In this document: positions 41,446 to 55,026 of the stretch, one piece after another
How positions within the stretch are numbered: position 1 is the stretch's first letter
Layout: each line of letters begins with the position of its first letter
Assembly: GCA_951406725.2 (NCBI GenBank)
Contig: OX597814.1
Coordinates: 7,502,001-7,566,000, forward strand
Length of the DNA stretch: 64,000 nucleotides
DNA from: Octopus vulgaris
Lineage: Eukaryota
Direction of reading: 5' to 3'
Position numbers and translations under genes: made by a program
The notes under the pieces: model-generated
What the model was told of the DNA's origin: nothing
The model's database searches: none
Seen by the model: the letters and a program-made list of their open reading frames with translations, nothing else

Positions 41446-43140
41446 AAGAGGTCGCCAAACAAGTCTGGCATTTGACAATACAGCTCGTAGGGTAAACCAT
41501 CCAATCCAGGCGACTTATCCCTCGCGCAGCCCGCCATCGCATCCCGCCATTGCATCCCGCACGTCAGCGGCTGTGATGGGACTTTCACAACACTTCGCTT
41601 CTCTTGCCGAGAGCCGCGGCAGGTCGGTCAGGTAGGCACTGAAATCCATCCCGCGTTCCGACCCACCACTCGCACCAAACAGTCGAGCAAAGTGCTGTTG
41701 AAAGGCCTCACACATCCTTTCGGGTTCGAGTAAACTGCATCCCTGTTGATCTATTAGAGACCGAATGGTGGCTCTGTTGCCACGCTGCGCCTCCGCTACC
41801 CGGGCCTCTCGCGCAGCTTCGATCCCTTCGTTCCTTAAGGCACGGATTTTAGCTCTGACGACGCAAACTTCGTGCTTGGCGTTGAGGTGTTGGTCGAGGG
41901 CTAGCATGTTGGTTGCGCCGCCAGTGGTAAGTGCCTCTTCTAGTTTCTTAACCAGATCTCCCTCTACTCTATTTCGATCTATCGCTAATTCTTTGCTAAA
42001 CCTAATTGATTCCGATTTTATTGCCATTTTCAGGGCGTACCACCAGCGATTGTTAACGACGGCTCCCGTCAGCGCCCTCTTAACTAACTCGCTAATCCGG
42101 TTCCTGTAAACCTGTCGCGCTAAGGGCGACGTGTTTAGTTTCCAGTAACCGGGACCCTGTCTATGTGTTTTATCTAAGTCGAGCGTACACGTCACAAATT
42201 TGTGATCTGTGTAGCTGACTATTTTAAATTGTGGACATCCTACACTATCCCTATCCGCTGTCCTGCATAGAATTCTATCTAGATAAGATCTCGACGATCC
42301 GACGCGGTTTGTCCAAGTCCACGTTGGCACGTTCGGATGGTCGAGTCGGAACCTGTCAGACAAATGGAAACGTCTGAGTAGGTCTTTGAGGCACTTACAC
42401 CTCCTTCTATTCCTATCCATTCCCACATATTCTAGATGCGTGTCCAAGGTAGCGTTCCAATCCCCTACTAACAGTAAAGGTCTAGACGTATCCAGTAAAA
42501 CCTCTAGACGTCTGAAGAAATCCGCCCGACCCGTTAAGGACGGTGCATAAACTGCCATCAGACGGAATGCACACCCATTTCTGCCATCCACGTCCAAGAC
42601 AACCAGCCTACCCTCCGAGTCTAGGAATATTGCTCTTACTTTTACATTTAGACTCTTTCGAAAAAGCACCGCGGTACCTCTACCACCCATGTTCGGCAGA
42701 CAGGGAGAAAAATAAATGTCAAAAAGGGCCCGCGGCTTGCTGAGTCTGGTTTCACTGATAGCTACTATATCCACGTTCAGTGACTTGATGTCGTTTAGAA
42801 GGTAACCTTGCTTCCAAGCCGACGCCAAGCCACGCGCATTCACACAACCTAATTTAAGCATAATTGACGTTTACGAAAATTGTGTTTCACACACAAACAT
42901 TGGAAGAGAAAGAGGCAAGAGGGAAGGTCACTTACTCATTTCGAAAGTTTCATTTTTTTCTTCTTCTTTGTAGTGTCTTTGATGAGGTGTTTGTATAGTT
43001 TTTTTGGAGAGGTATCGTTGAAACCCGCCTACCGCATTTGGAAATATTGTTTTCAGTGTATGTTGTTGTGTTTGCGTTATGTGTACAATTTTTATGTGCT
43101 TCGGTGGTGTGGTGCGCGGATGATTGTTTGTCTTAAAGTC
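41446..43140 (-). mobile_element. Second Tx1/L1-clade LINE: ORF1 end plus APE/linker, truncated at the RT start
   Basis: 448-aa ORF MLKLGCVNARGL..SET..GDWN..TDH..GPGYWKLN, paralogous to 38778-40158; ends at KSPGLDGLPYELY..DLL. Confidence 0.93.
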
Positions 43141-43240
43141 NNNNNNNNNNNNNNNNNNNNNNNNNNNNNNNNNNNNNNNNNNNNNNNNNNNNNNNNNNNN
43201 NNNNNNNNNNNNNNNNNNNNNNNNNNNNNNNNNNNNNNNN
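43141..43240. other. Assembly gap (100 N)
   Basis: Run of N. Confidence 1.
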
Positions 43241-45945
43241 TGAAGTAATTGACTTAGCCACTCTCCTGAAATTGCTGGCCTTGTGCCAAAATTTGAAACC
43301 AAAATTCCAGTGATGTTTATGGTCAATAAAATAAGTAGCAGTTGAGCACTGGGGTTGATGTAATTGACTTAGCCACTCTCCTGAAATTGCTGGCCTTGTG
43401 CCAAAATTTGAAACCAAAATTCCAGTGATGTTTATGGTCAATAAAATAAGTACCAGTTGAGCACTGGGGTTGATGTAATTGACTTAGCCACTCTCCTGAA
43501 ATTGCTGGCCTTGTGCCAAAATTTGAAACCAAAATTCCAGTGATGTTTATGGTCAATAAAATAAGTACCAGTTGAGCACTGGGGTTGATGTAATTGACTT
43601 AGCCAATCTCCTGAAATTGCTGGTCTTGTGCCAAAATTTGAAACCAATATTCCAGTGATGTTTATGGTCAATAAAATAAGTACCAGTTGAGCACTGGGGT
43701 TGATGTAATTGACTTAGCCAATCTCCTGAAATTGCTGGCCTGTGCCAAAATTTGAAAGCAAAATTCCAGTGATGTTTATGGTCAATAAAATAAGTACCAG
43801 TTGAGCACTGGGGTTGATGTAATTGACTTAGCCACTCTCCTGAAATTGCTGGCCTTGTGCCAAAATTTGAAACCAAAATTCCAGTGATGTTTATGGTCAA
43901 TAAAATAAGTACCAGTTGAGCACTGGGGTTGATGTAATTGACTTAGCCACTCTCCTGAAATTGCTGGCCTTGTGCCAAAATTTGAAAGCAAAATTCCAGT
44001 GATGTTTATGGTCAATACAATAAGTACCAGTTGAGCACTGGGGTTGAGGTAATTGACTTAGACACTCTCCTGAAATTGCTGGCCTTGTGCCAAAATTTGA
44101 AACCAACATTCCAGTGATGTTTATGGTCAATAAAATAAGTACCAGTTGAGCACTGGGGTTGATGTAATTGACTTTGCCACTCTCCTGAAATTGCTGGCCT
44201 TGTGCCAAAATTTGAAACCAAAATTCCAGTGATGTTTATGGTCAATAAAATAAGTACCAGTTGAGCACTGGGGTTGATGTAATTGACTTAGACACTCTCC
44301 TGAAATTGCTGGCCTTGTGCCAAAATTTGAAACCAACATTCCAGTGATGTTTATGGTCAATAAAATAAGTACCAGTTGAGCACTGGGTTTGATGTAATTG
44401 ACTTTGCCACTCTCCTGAAATTGCTGGCCTTGTGCCAAAATTTGAAAGCAACATTCCAGTGATGTTTATGGTCAATAAAATAAGTACCAGTTGAGCACTG
44501 GGGTTGATGTAATTGACTTAGCCACTCTCCTGAAATTGCTGGCCTTGTGCCAAAATTTGAAAGCAAAATTCCAGTGATGTTTATGGTCAATAAAATAAGT
44601 ACCAGTTGAGCACTGGGGTTGATGTAATTGACTTAGCCACTCTCGCGAAATTGCTGGTTTTGTGCCAAAATTTGAAACCAACATTCCATTGATGTTTATG
44701 GTCAATAAAATAAGTACCAGTTGAGCACTGGGGTTGATGTAATTGACTTAGACACTCTCCTGAAATTGCTGGCCTTGTGCCAAAATTTGAAACCAACATT
44801 CCAGTGATGTTTATGGTCAATAAAATAAGTACCAGTTGAGCACTGGGGTTGATGTAATTGACTTAGCCACTCTCCTGAAATTGCTGGCCTTGTGCCAAAA
44901 TTTGAAAGCAACATTCCAGTGATGTTTATGGTCAATAAAATAAGTACCAGTTGAGCACTGGGGTTGATGTAATTGACTTAGTCACTCTCCTGAAATTGCT
45001 GGTTTTGTGCCAAAATTTGAAACCAACATTCCATTGATGTTTATGGTCAATAAAATAAGTACCAGTTGAGCACTGGGGTTGATGTAATTGACTTAGACAC
45101 TCTCCTGAAATTGCTGGCCTTGTGCCAAAATTTGAAACCAACATTCCAGTGATGTTTATGGTCAATACAATAAGTACCAGTTGAGCACTGGGGTTGATGT
45201 AATTGACTTAGACACTCTCCTGAAATTGCTGGCCTTGTGCCAAAATTTGAAAGCAAAATTCCAGTGATGTTTATGGTCAATACAATAAGTACCAGTTGAG
45301 CACTGGGGTTGATGTAATTGACTTAGACACTCTCCTGAAATTGCTGGCCTTGTGCCAAAATTTGAAACCAACATTCCAGTGATGTTTATGGTCAATAAAA
45401 TAAGTACCAGTTGAGCACTGGGGTTGATGTAATTGACTTAGACACTCTCCTGAAATTGCTGGCCTTGTGCCAAAATTTGAAACCAACATTCCAGTGATGT
45501 TTATGGTCAATAAAATAAGTACCAGTTGAGCACTGGGGTTGATGTAATTGACTTAGCCACTCTCCTGAAATTGCTGGTCTTGTGCCAAAATTTGAAACCA
45601 ACATTCCAGTGATGTTTATGGTCAATACAATAAGTACCAGTTGAGCACTGGGGTTGATGTAATTGACTTAGCCACTCTCCTGAAATTGCTGGTCTTGTGC
45701 CAAAATTTGAAACCAACATTCCAGTGATGTTTATGGTCAATACAATAAGTACCAGTTGAGCACTGGGGTTGATGTAATTGACTTTGCCACCCTCCTGAAA
45801 TTGCTGGCCTTGTGCCAAAATTTGAAACAAAAATTCCAGAGATGTTTATGGTCAATACAATAAGTACCAGTTGAGCACTGGGGTTGACGTAATTGACTTA
45901 GCCACTCCCCTGAAATTGCTGGCCTGTGCCAAAATTTGAAACCAT
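43241..45945. repeat. 115-bp tandem satellite, about 23.5 visible copies, derived from a SINE 3' segment
   Basis: Period 115 (ORF track starts repeat every 115 nt); unit GGTCAATAAAATAAGTACCAGTTGAGCACTGGGGTTGATGTAATTGACTT..AAATTGCTGGCCTTGTGCCAAAATTTGAAACC; no unique spacers. Confidence 0.97.
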
Positions 45946-46167
45946 TCCTGTGATGTTTCTAGTATTTATTATAATTAATAGAGATAGTGTTTATTTAGTA
46001 TGTGTTAAATGTTGGTTATATTTTTTTGTTTTTGCTAATTTATTATAATAATAACATATAACTTTGTCTTAGAATAATTTTCTGTCTTTACCCACTGAAC
46101 TCCCCAGCTCACCCCTAATCCCTCACTAACGACATTATTTTATCTTTTTATTTTTTGCATAATTTAG

Positions 46168-47658
46168 TTGTGCTGGACGTTTGTAGAATGCAACATCGAC
46201 TGGAAGGTGTGAAGTTAGATGTTCAACCATTCTGGGAACCACCTGAAGAAAATACCATTTCAAGACAGCAAGTCCATGACTATTTACTACCTTTCAAGTT
46301 CTATCTGACCTTTTTAAAGAAACATAAAATCATAGTTTGTGACCAATTAAAGAAATGGGCTGAAGTAATATGGAAAGATTCCAAGAATAATACACTGAAA
46401 TTAAAATATTCTGAAGAAAATTCTGAGCAAATTGAACAATGTTTGGAAGAGTTATTAAATTCCATTATTGTTGAAATTATTGATGTTCCAACAGATATTT
46501 TTGAAGATGTTGCTAGAACATTTAAAAGTGAAGAGGATAAGATGTATTTTTATTTTGATAACCGGAATTTCCAAGCTAATATTTTGGGATTTGATAAAAG
46601 TAATGTGATTAAAATGAAAAACAGACTTTTGGATAATCTTAGAAGGAAATGTGAGTTTAATTTAAATATTCATGAAAGACGTATTCTATCTGGTCACAGA
46701 TTTTTTGAGCAAGCAGAAAGACAATCTGAAGATCTACAAGTCAGGATTCATGGTAACAAAGTTATTTTTGAAGGCCAGTATTCTGAAGTAGCTACTTGTC
46801 ACAAGTATATGTATAAAATTCTTCAATCAATGGTTAAATCTGAATTGCCTTTGCCTTTAAATACTGGAATGATCATAAATAAAAAACAAGTGAAAGAATA
46901 TCTTGATGTAAAACTGAGAAGCAAGAAATGTATCGGTTCATGGGAAACGGGTGATGGTGATTCAGTATTACTTTATGCAAGTGATAAAACACATCTTTCA
47001 CTTCTGGAAGAAATCATGAAAGAAACTTTTGTTGCCAATACACTGGATTTTGTAGACAAAATTAAGGATACTCCAAATCATGGAAAGTGGCTGACATTTG
47101 TTGAAAGTCTAAAAGAAGAGTTTCCAGATTTCTGTTTTATTGGAGAAAATTCTATTGTTGCTGTTGATTTTGTAGTTAATTATATAAAAAGCAAAATTGA
47201 TAACTTTGAGCAATCTTTAATTTACGAATCTTATATATCGATGCCTCTTGAACATTTCCTCTTTCTTAAAGAGTTCAAAGAACAGGAAATCAATGACTTT
47301 GGTGAGAAAAATAAAATTAAGAATGTGTGTCTCAAAGATAATAAGTTACACCTGGAAGGAACACAAGAGCAACTTATGAAAATGGAGATATTTATAGAAA
47401 ATTTAAGAAAAGATATCAGTTCAAAAGAAGCCCAGAAAACTGAAGAAGGAAACAATTTCTCATGGGAAAAGCAGATGAAATCTGAGAGTAAAAAATTATA
47501 TCCAGCTTTAGGAAGTGAAACAAAAGAAATAGTTAACGTTAATTATAAGAACTGTGAAATAGTGTTGAGGGAAGGTGACATCACGACTCTGGACACAGAT
47601 GCTGCAAATGGCAGACGGGAACACAGAGGAGGAGTTGCTGCAGCCATTGTACAGAAAG
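46168..47658 (+). CDS. PARP14: PARP14/PARP9-like macro-PARP, large internal exon (RRM end, KH-like region, start of macrodomain 1)
   Basis: 1491-nt open exon between acceptor aatttag and donor AAAG|GTTAGT (phase 1/1). Begins with RRM-like QHRLEGVKLDVQPF and ends with macro motif IVLREGDITTLDTDAAN..H.GGVAAAIVQKG. Orthology within PARP9/14/15 is not resolved. Confidence 0.85.
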
Positions 47659-47699
47659 GTTAGTAATACCATTTTTTATAGGTAATGTTTCTTTTTAGA

Positions 47700-47825
47700 T
47701 CCAAGTGTGGATGAGAAGCTTGCTTCCTGATCACGTGGTTTCAGGTTCAATTCCACTCACAGCATTTTGGACAAGTGTCTTCTGCTTTAGGTCAGTGTTT
47801 GGCCAAAGCCTTGGGAGTGGATTTC
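47700..47825 (+). mobile_element. SINE tRNA-like head fragment
   Basis: GTGTGG..AGAAGCTTGCTTCC..CAGGTTCAATTCCACT..GGACAAGTGTCTTCT; same family as 4140-4267. Confidence 0.7.
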
Positions 47826-48649
47826 ACACACACACACACCATCCACCTTTTACATTCCCAGTGTCCCCTCAACATCTACCCACCCACACACACACACCTA
47901 CTCTACACCGTGCAGTGAACTCATTACCCAACACCACACACCCACCAACACATTCAAACAGCATGTACACACATCCACACGCACTCACTCCTTCTCCTCT
48001 TCCTTCGCCCACAATAGCACCCACCCACCCCTCATGCTACCCATCCACATGCTTATAACAGCAACTATGTCATAACACACCTACACTTCCCAACACCTAC
48101 CACTTTCCCCACCCATCTTCCACCAAACACCTCTATCCAGTTTGACACAACACACACACACACACACACATGTCACATAATGTTATACAGACACACACAT
48201 ATACAGACATGCAAATACGCAGCATATACACACACACATTCATCTCATGCAAGGATTTACATGCTCACACACCCAGATAACAGGTACACAGTTATCCCCC
48301 TTGCCACTTATACCTTTAGCAACCTCTTCATCTTCTGGTCATTTCAGCATGCAGTGACAATCCAATTCAGACATGTTTGTTGTTTTCTCTTTCCATTTTA
48401 TGTTTCCTTTTCTTTTCTTCTTGAAGAAGAGTGTATGTTTGAAATGTAAAAGACTTTTATTTCTATTTCCCCTTTTATATCTATTTTCCTTTCTTCACCT
48501 CATCTTCATGTTATTTATAATTTTGAACTGAATATGTTGGTATGTCTGTATGTGTGTGTATATATGCCTGTATACATACATACATACATACATACATACA
48601 TACATACATACATACAGGTATTATATATAATATGAATATTTTAAATGAT

Positions 48650-49310
48650 ATCATCATTGTCATCAATGTTTAACGTCTGTTTTCCATACTGGCATGGTTG
48701 GATGGTTTTACTGAGATTTGGAGAGCGAGCAGCTGCACCAGGCTCCAATCTTGATCTGGCAGAGTTTCTACAGCTGGATGTCCTTCCTAGCGCCAACTAC
48801 TCTAAGAGTGTAGTGGGTGCTTTTTACATGCCACCGGCACAGAAGCCAGTCATACAGGCCTGACATCGATCACGTTCAGACAGTGCTTTTTATGTGCCAC
48901 CAGCACAAAAGCCAGTCAGTGGTTACTGGCATTAGTGATGTTTAGATGGTGTGCATTATGTGCCACCAGCACAGTGCCCAGTCAAGCACTCTTGGTGTTG
49001 ATCATGTTCGGATGGTGCTTTTTATGTGCCACCGGCATGGGAGCCAGTCAGGGAGTACTGGCATCAGCCCTACTACAAGCACAACATCTGAAATTTGGGG
49101 GAGGGAATGAGTCGATGACATCGACCCCAGTGTTTCACTGGTACTTAATTGATCGACTCTGAAAGCATAAAGTGAACCTTGGCAGAATTTAAACTCAGAA
49201 TGTAACAACAGACAAATTACTGCTAAGAATTTCATCCATCATGCTAACGATGCTGCCAGTTTGCTGCCTTATAATGTGATGATAATAATAATAATAATAA
49301 TAATAATAAA
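48650..49310 (-). mobile_element. RTE-tail-type repeat plus SINE
   Basis: TTTAACGTCTGTTTTCCATACTGGCATGG..repeated GTGCTTTTTA(C/T)GTGCCACC units; followed by SINE CORE GAGTCGAT..ATCGACCCCAGT..ACTGGTACTTA. Confidence 0.7.
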
Positions 49311-49346
49311 TTAAAAAATATATATTTATTTATTATGATATATGTA

Positions 49347-50929
49347 CTAGCAATGCATCCCGGTGTTCCCCGGGTGTCATGATATACAGCCACATTGTAT
49401 TATTTGTTCCTTTCTTATGGGACTGTTATATAGTGAACTGGATTACTGGTGTAATGAAAGTTATTGTTTGTTTAAAAATAATGGTCGGGGAAGGTTACAA
49501 TCTGCATGGGTTTGCATGAAAGTGCTCTCTGTTCTTAAGAAGGATCACAAACTATGTATTGTGTCATTGTATAAAAGGAGGTTAATATGATTTTGCCCTG
49601 AAAGCGCGTTTTCAGAATTTTAATTCCCCCCCCCCCCATCTCCATCCCCACTGCACTTTCTTAATTTGTAACTTTTTTAATTTCTAATTTTTTTATCCAT
49701 GTAGAAAGATTCAGAGATTATGAATCTGGGAAATCTGTTTTTTTTTTAAAGTTTAATTTTTATCTTAAACATTCAATGCCCCTCTCTCACCTTGCCCACC
49801 CATCACCTACCCACTTTCAAAAAGCTAAAGACACCCAGTGTTTCACTTCTGTCTGATGTTTCATCCATGTGTAGAATTGTAAATGTAAAAAATATCAGAC
49901 AACTGCCAGAAAACCCAACATGCTAGAAACAACAGGTGAACAACATTAAATTTCCCTGCTTTCCAAAAAGCTAAAAGTGAAACTTTGGGAGGTTGTAGCT
50001 TTTTGAAAGTAGTGAGGTGATGGGTGGATGTTTGGGAAGGAGATTTTAGTGTTTCTTTAAGCAAAAAGAAAATTCTTAAAGATTCGTACGCTCTGTTTGT
50101 TTTGGCTGTGGATTACCAAATAAAGAATTTTGAAAAAAGTAAAAAAATGAAGTTTGTATGGGGAGAGAGAAAATTATAATACTGAGAACATAGTTTGGGA
50201 TGAAAGCCTAATCTCCTATATTGAAAACTTAAGAATTGGAAGAAATTTAAGAAAAAAAAAATCAGGTGGGGGTGGGAGGCACAAATGTTACCTCAGACAT
50301 GCTAAAAACAACAGGTAAATGATAGGATTTCTGGGAGAACTTTTTAAATTTATATCAAGGATCAGGATTTTAAATATATTTATCACAAACACAAATTAAA
50401 GAATGGAAAAAGGTGATTTCAATTGGATTTGAGCTGTAATTTTGCGTGTGCACATAACAAGAAAAAACATAATTCATACAGAAGTGTTGCCTAGAGTGTG
50501 TGTGTGTGCATGCCAAAGGAAGTTATGATATTCTTTTGTTTGAAGCAGGAAAGTTGTCAATTCAATCCTGTGGTCTACCATATGGAATCATATGATTGTT
50601 AATTTCCATAAAAATTTTTTATTTCTTTATGCTTTGAAGAGAGGAGAAAGTGAAAAGAGAAAGTGAAAACGTTTGCTTTGAAGTGGGTGCTGAAAGTGAA
50701 AAGGTGATATTTGCTTTGAAGTGTGAGCAGAAAGTGAAAGAGAGGAGAAAATGAAAGATGGATGTACATGTATGAGAAATGGATGTGTTTGTGTGTGCAT
50801 GTGTGCATGAGAGAGTGAGTGAGTGAAGGCATGTGTTGTCATGCATGAATTTTTTGCATGTATGTGTTAGTGACACTCACTTGCTCTTTCTTTCTTTCTT
50901 TCTTTCTCCCTCTCTCTCTCTCTCTCTCT

Positions 50930-50963
<34 letters not shown>

Positions 50964-51880
50964 TCATCTTTCATATACATGTATGTAAATACGTATGCAT
51001 GGTTCTATTTTGTATGTGTGTGTGTGTGTGTGTGAGAGTGAAAGTGAGTGACTATATTTACCCATAACATATAGAGAAATGGATTTCTTTTAAGGTGCAC
51101 ACTCTTATAGAAAATGTGACATAGTCGCTATGATACATAATATCTTTTATGAAAGTTGACTTATAGAAAGATTATAACCTTAATCTTTTTTTAATCAAAT
51201 ATGTAAATGAAAATAAAGTTCATTTGTTAGTCGAAAGAAAACCGAATCTTTTGATACCCCATACATTAGAATTGGCAACTCAGTTCTCGAATGCATTCAT
51301 TAATTTCTGTAAGAATTTTTTTATTTCTTTATACTTTAAAAATAGCAGAATATGAAAGGGAAAGTGAAGTGAAAAGGTGGCATTTACTTTTAAGTGAGAG
51401 TAGACTGTGAAAGTTGTATGTACATGTATATGAAATGGACGCGTGTGTAAGTGTGTGTGTGCGCACGCATGTGCATGTGTGTGTGAGAGGGAGAGAGTGA
51501 GTGAGTGAAGGTGTATCTTGTCATGCATATTTTTTGCATGTATAAGTGGCACTCGGTTTCTTTCTCTCTCACTCTCTTTCTCTCTCTCACACACACACAC
51601 ACATCTTTCATATACATGTACATAAATACATTTGCATACATCATTTTTGTACATATGTGTGCATGCGCATGGGAGAGAGAGAGAATTAGTGACTGTATTT
51701 CCCCATAACATATAGAGAAATGGATGTCTTTTGAGGTACATCGTCATTGTGGCATAAAATGTTTATGATAGTTGAGTTAAAGAAAAGATTATCATGTCAA
51801 ATTTTTGTAATGCAAATATGTAAATTAAAATAATATTTATTGGGTAACCAAAAGGTTACTGAATCATTTAATACCCCATT
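49347..51880 (-). mobile_element. Helitron-like element (3' terminus supported, 5' boundary uncertain) with an internal duplication of about 600 bp
   Basis: Minus-strand hairpin CCCGGGGAACACCGGG then CTAG|T at 49347; 50596-51275 and 51298-51880 are diverged direct copies. Confidence 0.5.
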
Positions 51881-52850
51881 CGAGCGTGATCGTTACCAGC
51901 GTTGCCTTACTGACACTCGAACCCCGTGCTCGTAGGGTATTAAGAGCACCATCCGAGCATGATCATTGCCAGAGCAGCTATCTGGCCTCCATGCCGGTGG
52001 CACATAAAAGAGCACCATTCGAGCGTGATCATTACCAACGTCGCCTTACTGGCACCTGTGCCGGTGGCATGTGTAAAAAGATTCGAGCGAGGTCGTTGCC
52101 AGTACTGCCTGACTGGCCCCCACTTACCGGTGGCATGCAAAAGCACCCACTACACTCTCGGAGTGAAAGGGCATCCAGCTGTAGAAACTCTGCCAGATCA
52201 AGATTGAAGCTTGGTGCAGCCATCTGGTTCGCCAGTCCTCAGTCAAACCGTCCAACCCATGAAAAGTGGACATTAAACAATGATGATGATGATGATGATG
52301 ATGATAATTTAAAGAAAAGCATACTTCATCATCATCATCATCATTTAACGTCCGCTTTCCATACTAGCATGAGTTGGACGGTTCAACTGGGGTCTGTGAA
52401 GCCGGAAGGCTGCATCAGGCCCAGTCTGATCTGGCAGTGTTTTTACGGCTGCGTGAGTGTAGTGGGTGCTTTTTACGTACCACCCGCACAGGATCCAGAC
52501 AGAGCTGGCAAACGACCACGAACGGATGGTGCTTTTACATGCCACTGGCACAGGGGCCAGGTGAGGCTGGCAATGGACACGAATGGATGGTGCTTTTACG
52601 TGCCACTGGCACGGAGGCCAGACGTGGCGGCACCAGCAACAGCCACGATCGGATGGTTCGCTTAACCACAGCTGCAATTTTCACTGATGTTGATCGACCT
52701 CAATTTTGGTTCTGCTTTCTGATATCTGATTTGATTTGGTTTGATTTTGATTTCGATTTTGACTGTTCTCATTGGTCTTGCCGGGTCTTCTCATACACAG
52801 CATACTTCCATAGGTCTCAGTCTTTAGTCATTTCCTTGGTGAGACCTATG
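51876..52850. mobile_element. Two tail-to-tail RTE-tail-type repeats
   Basis: 51876-52305 ends in (GAT)n on +; 52327-52850 begins with (CAT)n TTTAACGTCCGCTTTCCAT (opposite orientation). Confidence 0.7.
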
Positions 52851-53889
52851 AAATTTTCTATAAATATGCTTCAGATGGTATAAATTCCAATTCTATTGGA
52901 ACTTGTAAAAAACAACAAAAAAACCCCCCTCAAAAACAAATATCTGATGTGTATCAATGTTTATGTATGCTATCCCAGCAATTTATATTTTTGCCTCAAA
53001 TTCCATTATTATCTTATATACACACCATGAAAGGTATTTGTGGAAATTTTCATTTAAAAATAACCATTTTTCCAAAAGTTATGAGGAAACGAATTTGAGT
53101 TTATGTGAATTTTCTGAAACTCCTCTCTCCACTCCCTCAAAAACATTTTTTTCACACCAAATTCCCAACTTACTGGAATCTACACCATCTGAAGCCTGTT
53201 TTAATAAATGTTTTAAGCAAAAACGTTTCATAAGAGGTGGAAGATCACATTTTACTAACCAGTTTCACTGTTTTCAGACTCTGAAAGTTTCAAGTATGTT
53301 CTTCAATGTATTTTTAATTCCATGTGGTAGAAGAAATAGATGGAAATAATCTTACATAGCCTTGTCGCTATATAAAAGTTGGTGGGGAAATGACTACAAG
53401 TTAGCATGACTTCTCTTGCTAAATCATATTTTCAGGAAGGAATATCTCTTATTATAAAAGGCAGATTTTATCTGCCTCCCTTTGGGAGTTATAGAAATCT
53501 ACAATATAGGATTTCTTCAATTACAATTTACCTAGCATTTTTAAGAGTACAATGCATCGCGTCATGCCAGGTCCAGTTTTTAAAATTTAAACTCCGATTA
53601 AGCAAAATTTACAGAAAACTCACATTCTGGTGTGTGTGTCAAATGCTTTTCTTAGTCTGGTTTACACCTCACGCAAACGCACACACACAGTGTGTAACGA
53701 ATAAAGTGAAACTAGATGTAATATTTGTTTCTGTCTATCACGCTGATAGATACATGAGTAAAATGTATGGGAAGCTAACAAATAAGGGTGAGTGAAAATG
53801 TTCTTGGAAGAGAGTAAATAGCGAGACAGAGTGATTTGAGGAAGACTTTACATTAAATAACCGTAGTGGCTTCTGTTAGTAATAAAGTA

Positions 53890-53930
53890 AACATACACTC
53901 ATACATACATACATACATACATACATACAT

Positions 53931-53983
<53 letters not shown>

Positions 53984-54420
53984 TACACATACACATACAT
54001 ACATACACACATACATACATACATACATACATATACATACATACATACACACACACATACATACATACACACACATACATACATATATACATACATACAT
54101 ACATACATATACATACATACATATACATACATACATACACACACACACACATACACACACACACAGTATTGGAGCTTGAGAACAATCAGATACATTTGCA
54201 ACACATCTGTTGAAAATATTATTGTTCACACACATACATATACATATATACATACAGACAGACAGACAGATAGACACACACACACACATGATCCAGCATG
54301 GCCACAACCTCAAGGCTGAAACATATAAAAGAATAACAGAATATAAATGTGTGCATGTGTGTGAGAGAGAGAGAGTGTGTGTGTATATGTATGTATGTAT
54401 GTATGTATATATATATAATA
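53890..54420. repeat. Compound (CATA)/(CA) microsatellite
   Basis: Directly visible. Confidence 0.95.
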
Positions 54421-55010
54421 ATGCGGTTTTTTCAACAGCTTGAACTAAAAGTCAGAGGGGAATGGGATAAACTACTTATATTAACTTGCTATAAAAGCAG
54501 GTAGTAATTTTATCTTGTCCTTATTCATAGTGCAAGTTTTGAAGAGTGCATTTCGATTTTAACAGCTATTTTTTTCAAAGCTATGTTGGAAGTAACAAAG
54601 GAGCATATTTGGCATATTTTGCGTTATGAGTTCAAGAAAGACAACAACGCAACGGAAAGTACAAGAAATATTAATGCAGTATATGGGGATTGGACAATAA
54701 GCGTAAGGCAGTGTCAATGGTGGTTCCAGAAATTCCGAGCCATAAACTACAGCCTAGAAGACGAGCCTCATCCTGAAAGATCTGTAGAACTCGACAAGGA
54801 CATCCTGAAAACCCTGGTGGAACAAAATCTCATCGTAACTGTTGAGGAACTAGCAGAGAAGCTTGGATTTGGTCATTCAACCATTCATTGAGACCTGTGT
54901 GCTATCGGAAAAGTCAGCAAATTGGGTCAATGGGTTCCTCACGAACTTTCCGAGTCTAATTGCATGCAGAGAGTGAATGTATGCTTTTCTTTGCTGTCAC
55001 ATCTCACCAC
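54420..55010 (+). mobile_element. Mariner transposon, 5' half
   Basis: EHIWHILRYEFKK..WFQKFR..LEDEP..EELAEKLG..STIH*..GKVSKLGQWVPHEL (mariner HTH and WVPHEL). Confidence 0.9.
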
Positions 55011-55026
55011 TACTGCGCTATGTATA

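Noticed and set aside
43241-45945. Possible CRISPR array or repeated 77-aa protein genes (MTINITG...)
   Set aside because: Whole 115-bp units repeat with no unique spacers, there are no cas genes, and the context is eukaryotic. The ORFs are by-products of a period not divisible by three.
46155-46167. TTG start for a stand-alone 502-aa protein
   Set aside because: It lies in the polypyrimidine/acceptor tract; the ORF is an internal exon bounded by AG and GT.
51886-52883. 259-aa and 169-aa ORFs as missing PARP exons
   Set aside because: They lie in RTE-tail-type repeats, contain (GAT)n/(CAT)n runs and show no macrodomain motifs.
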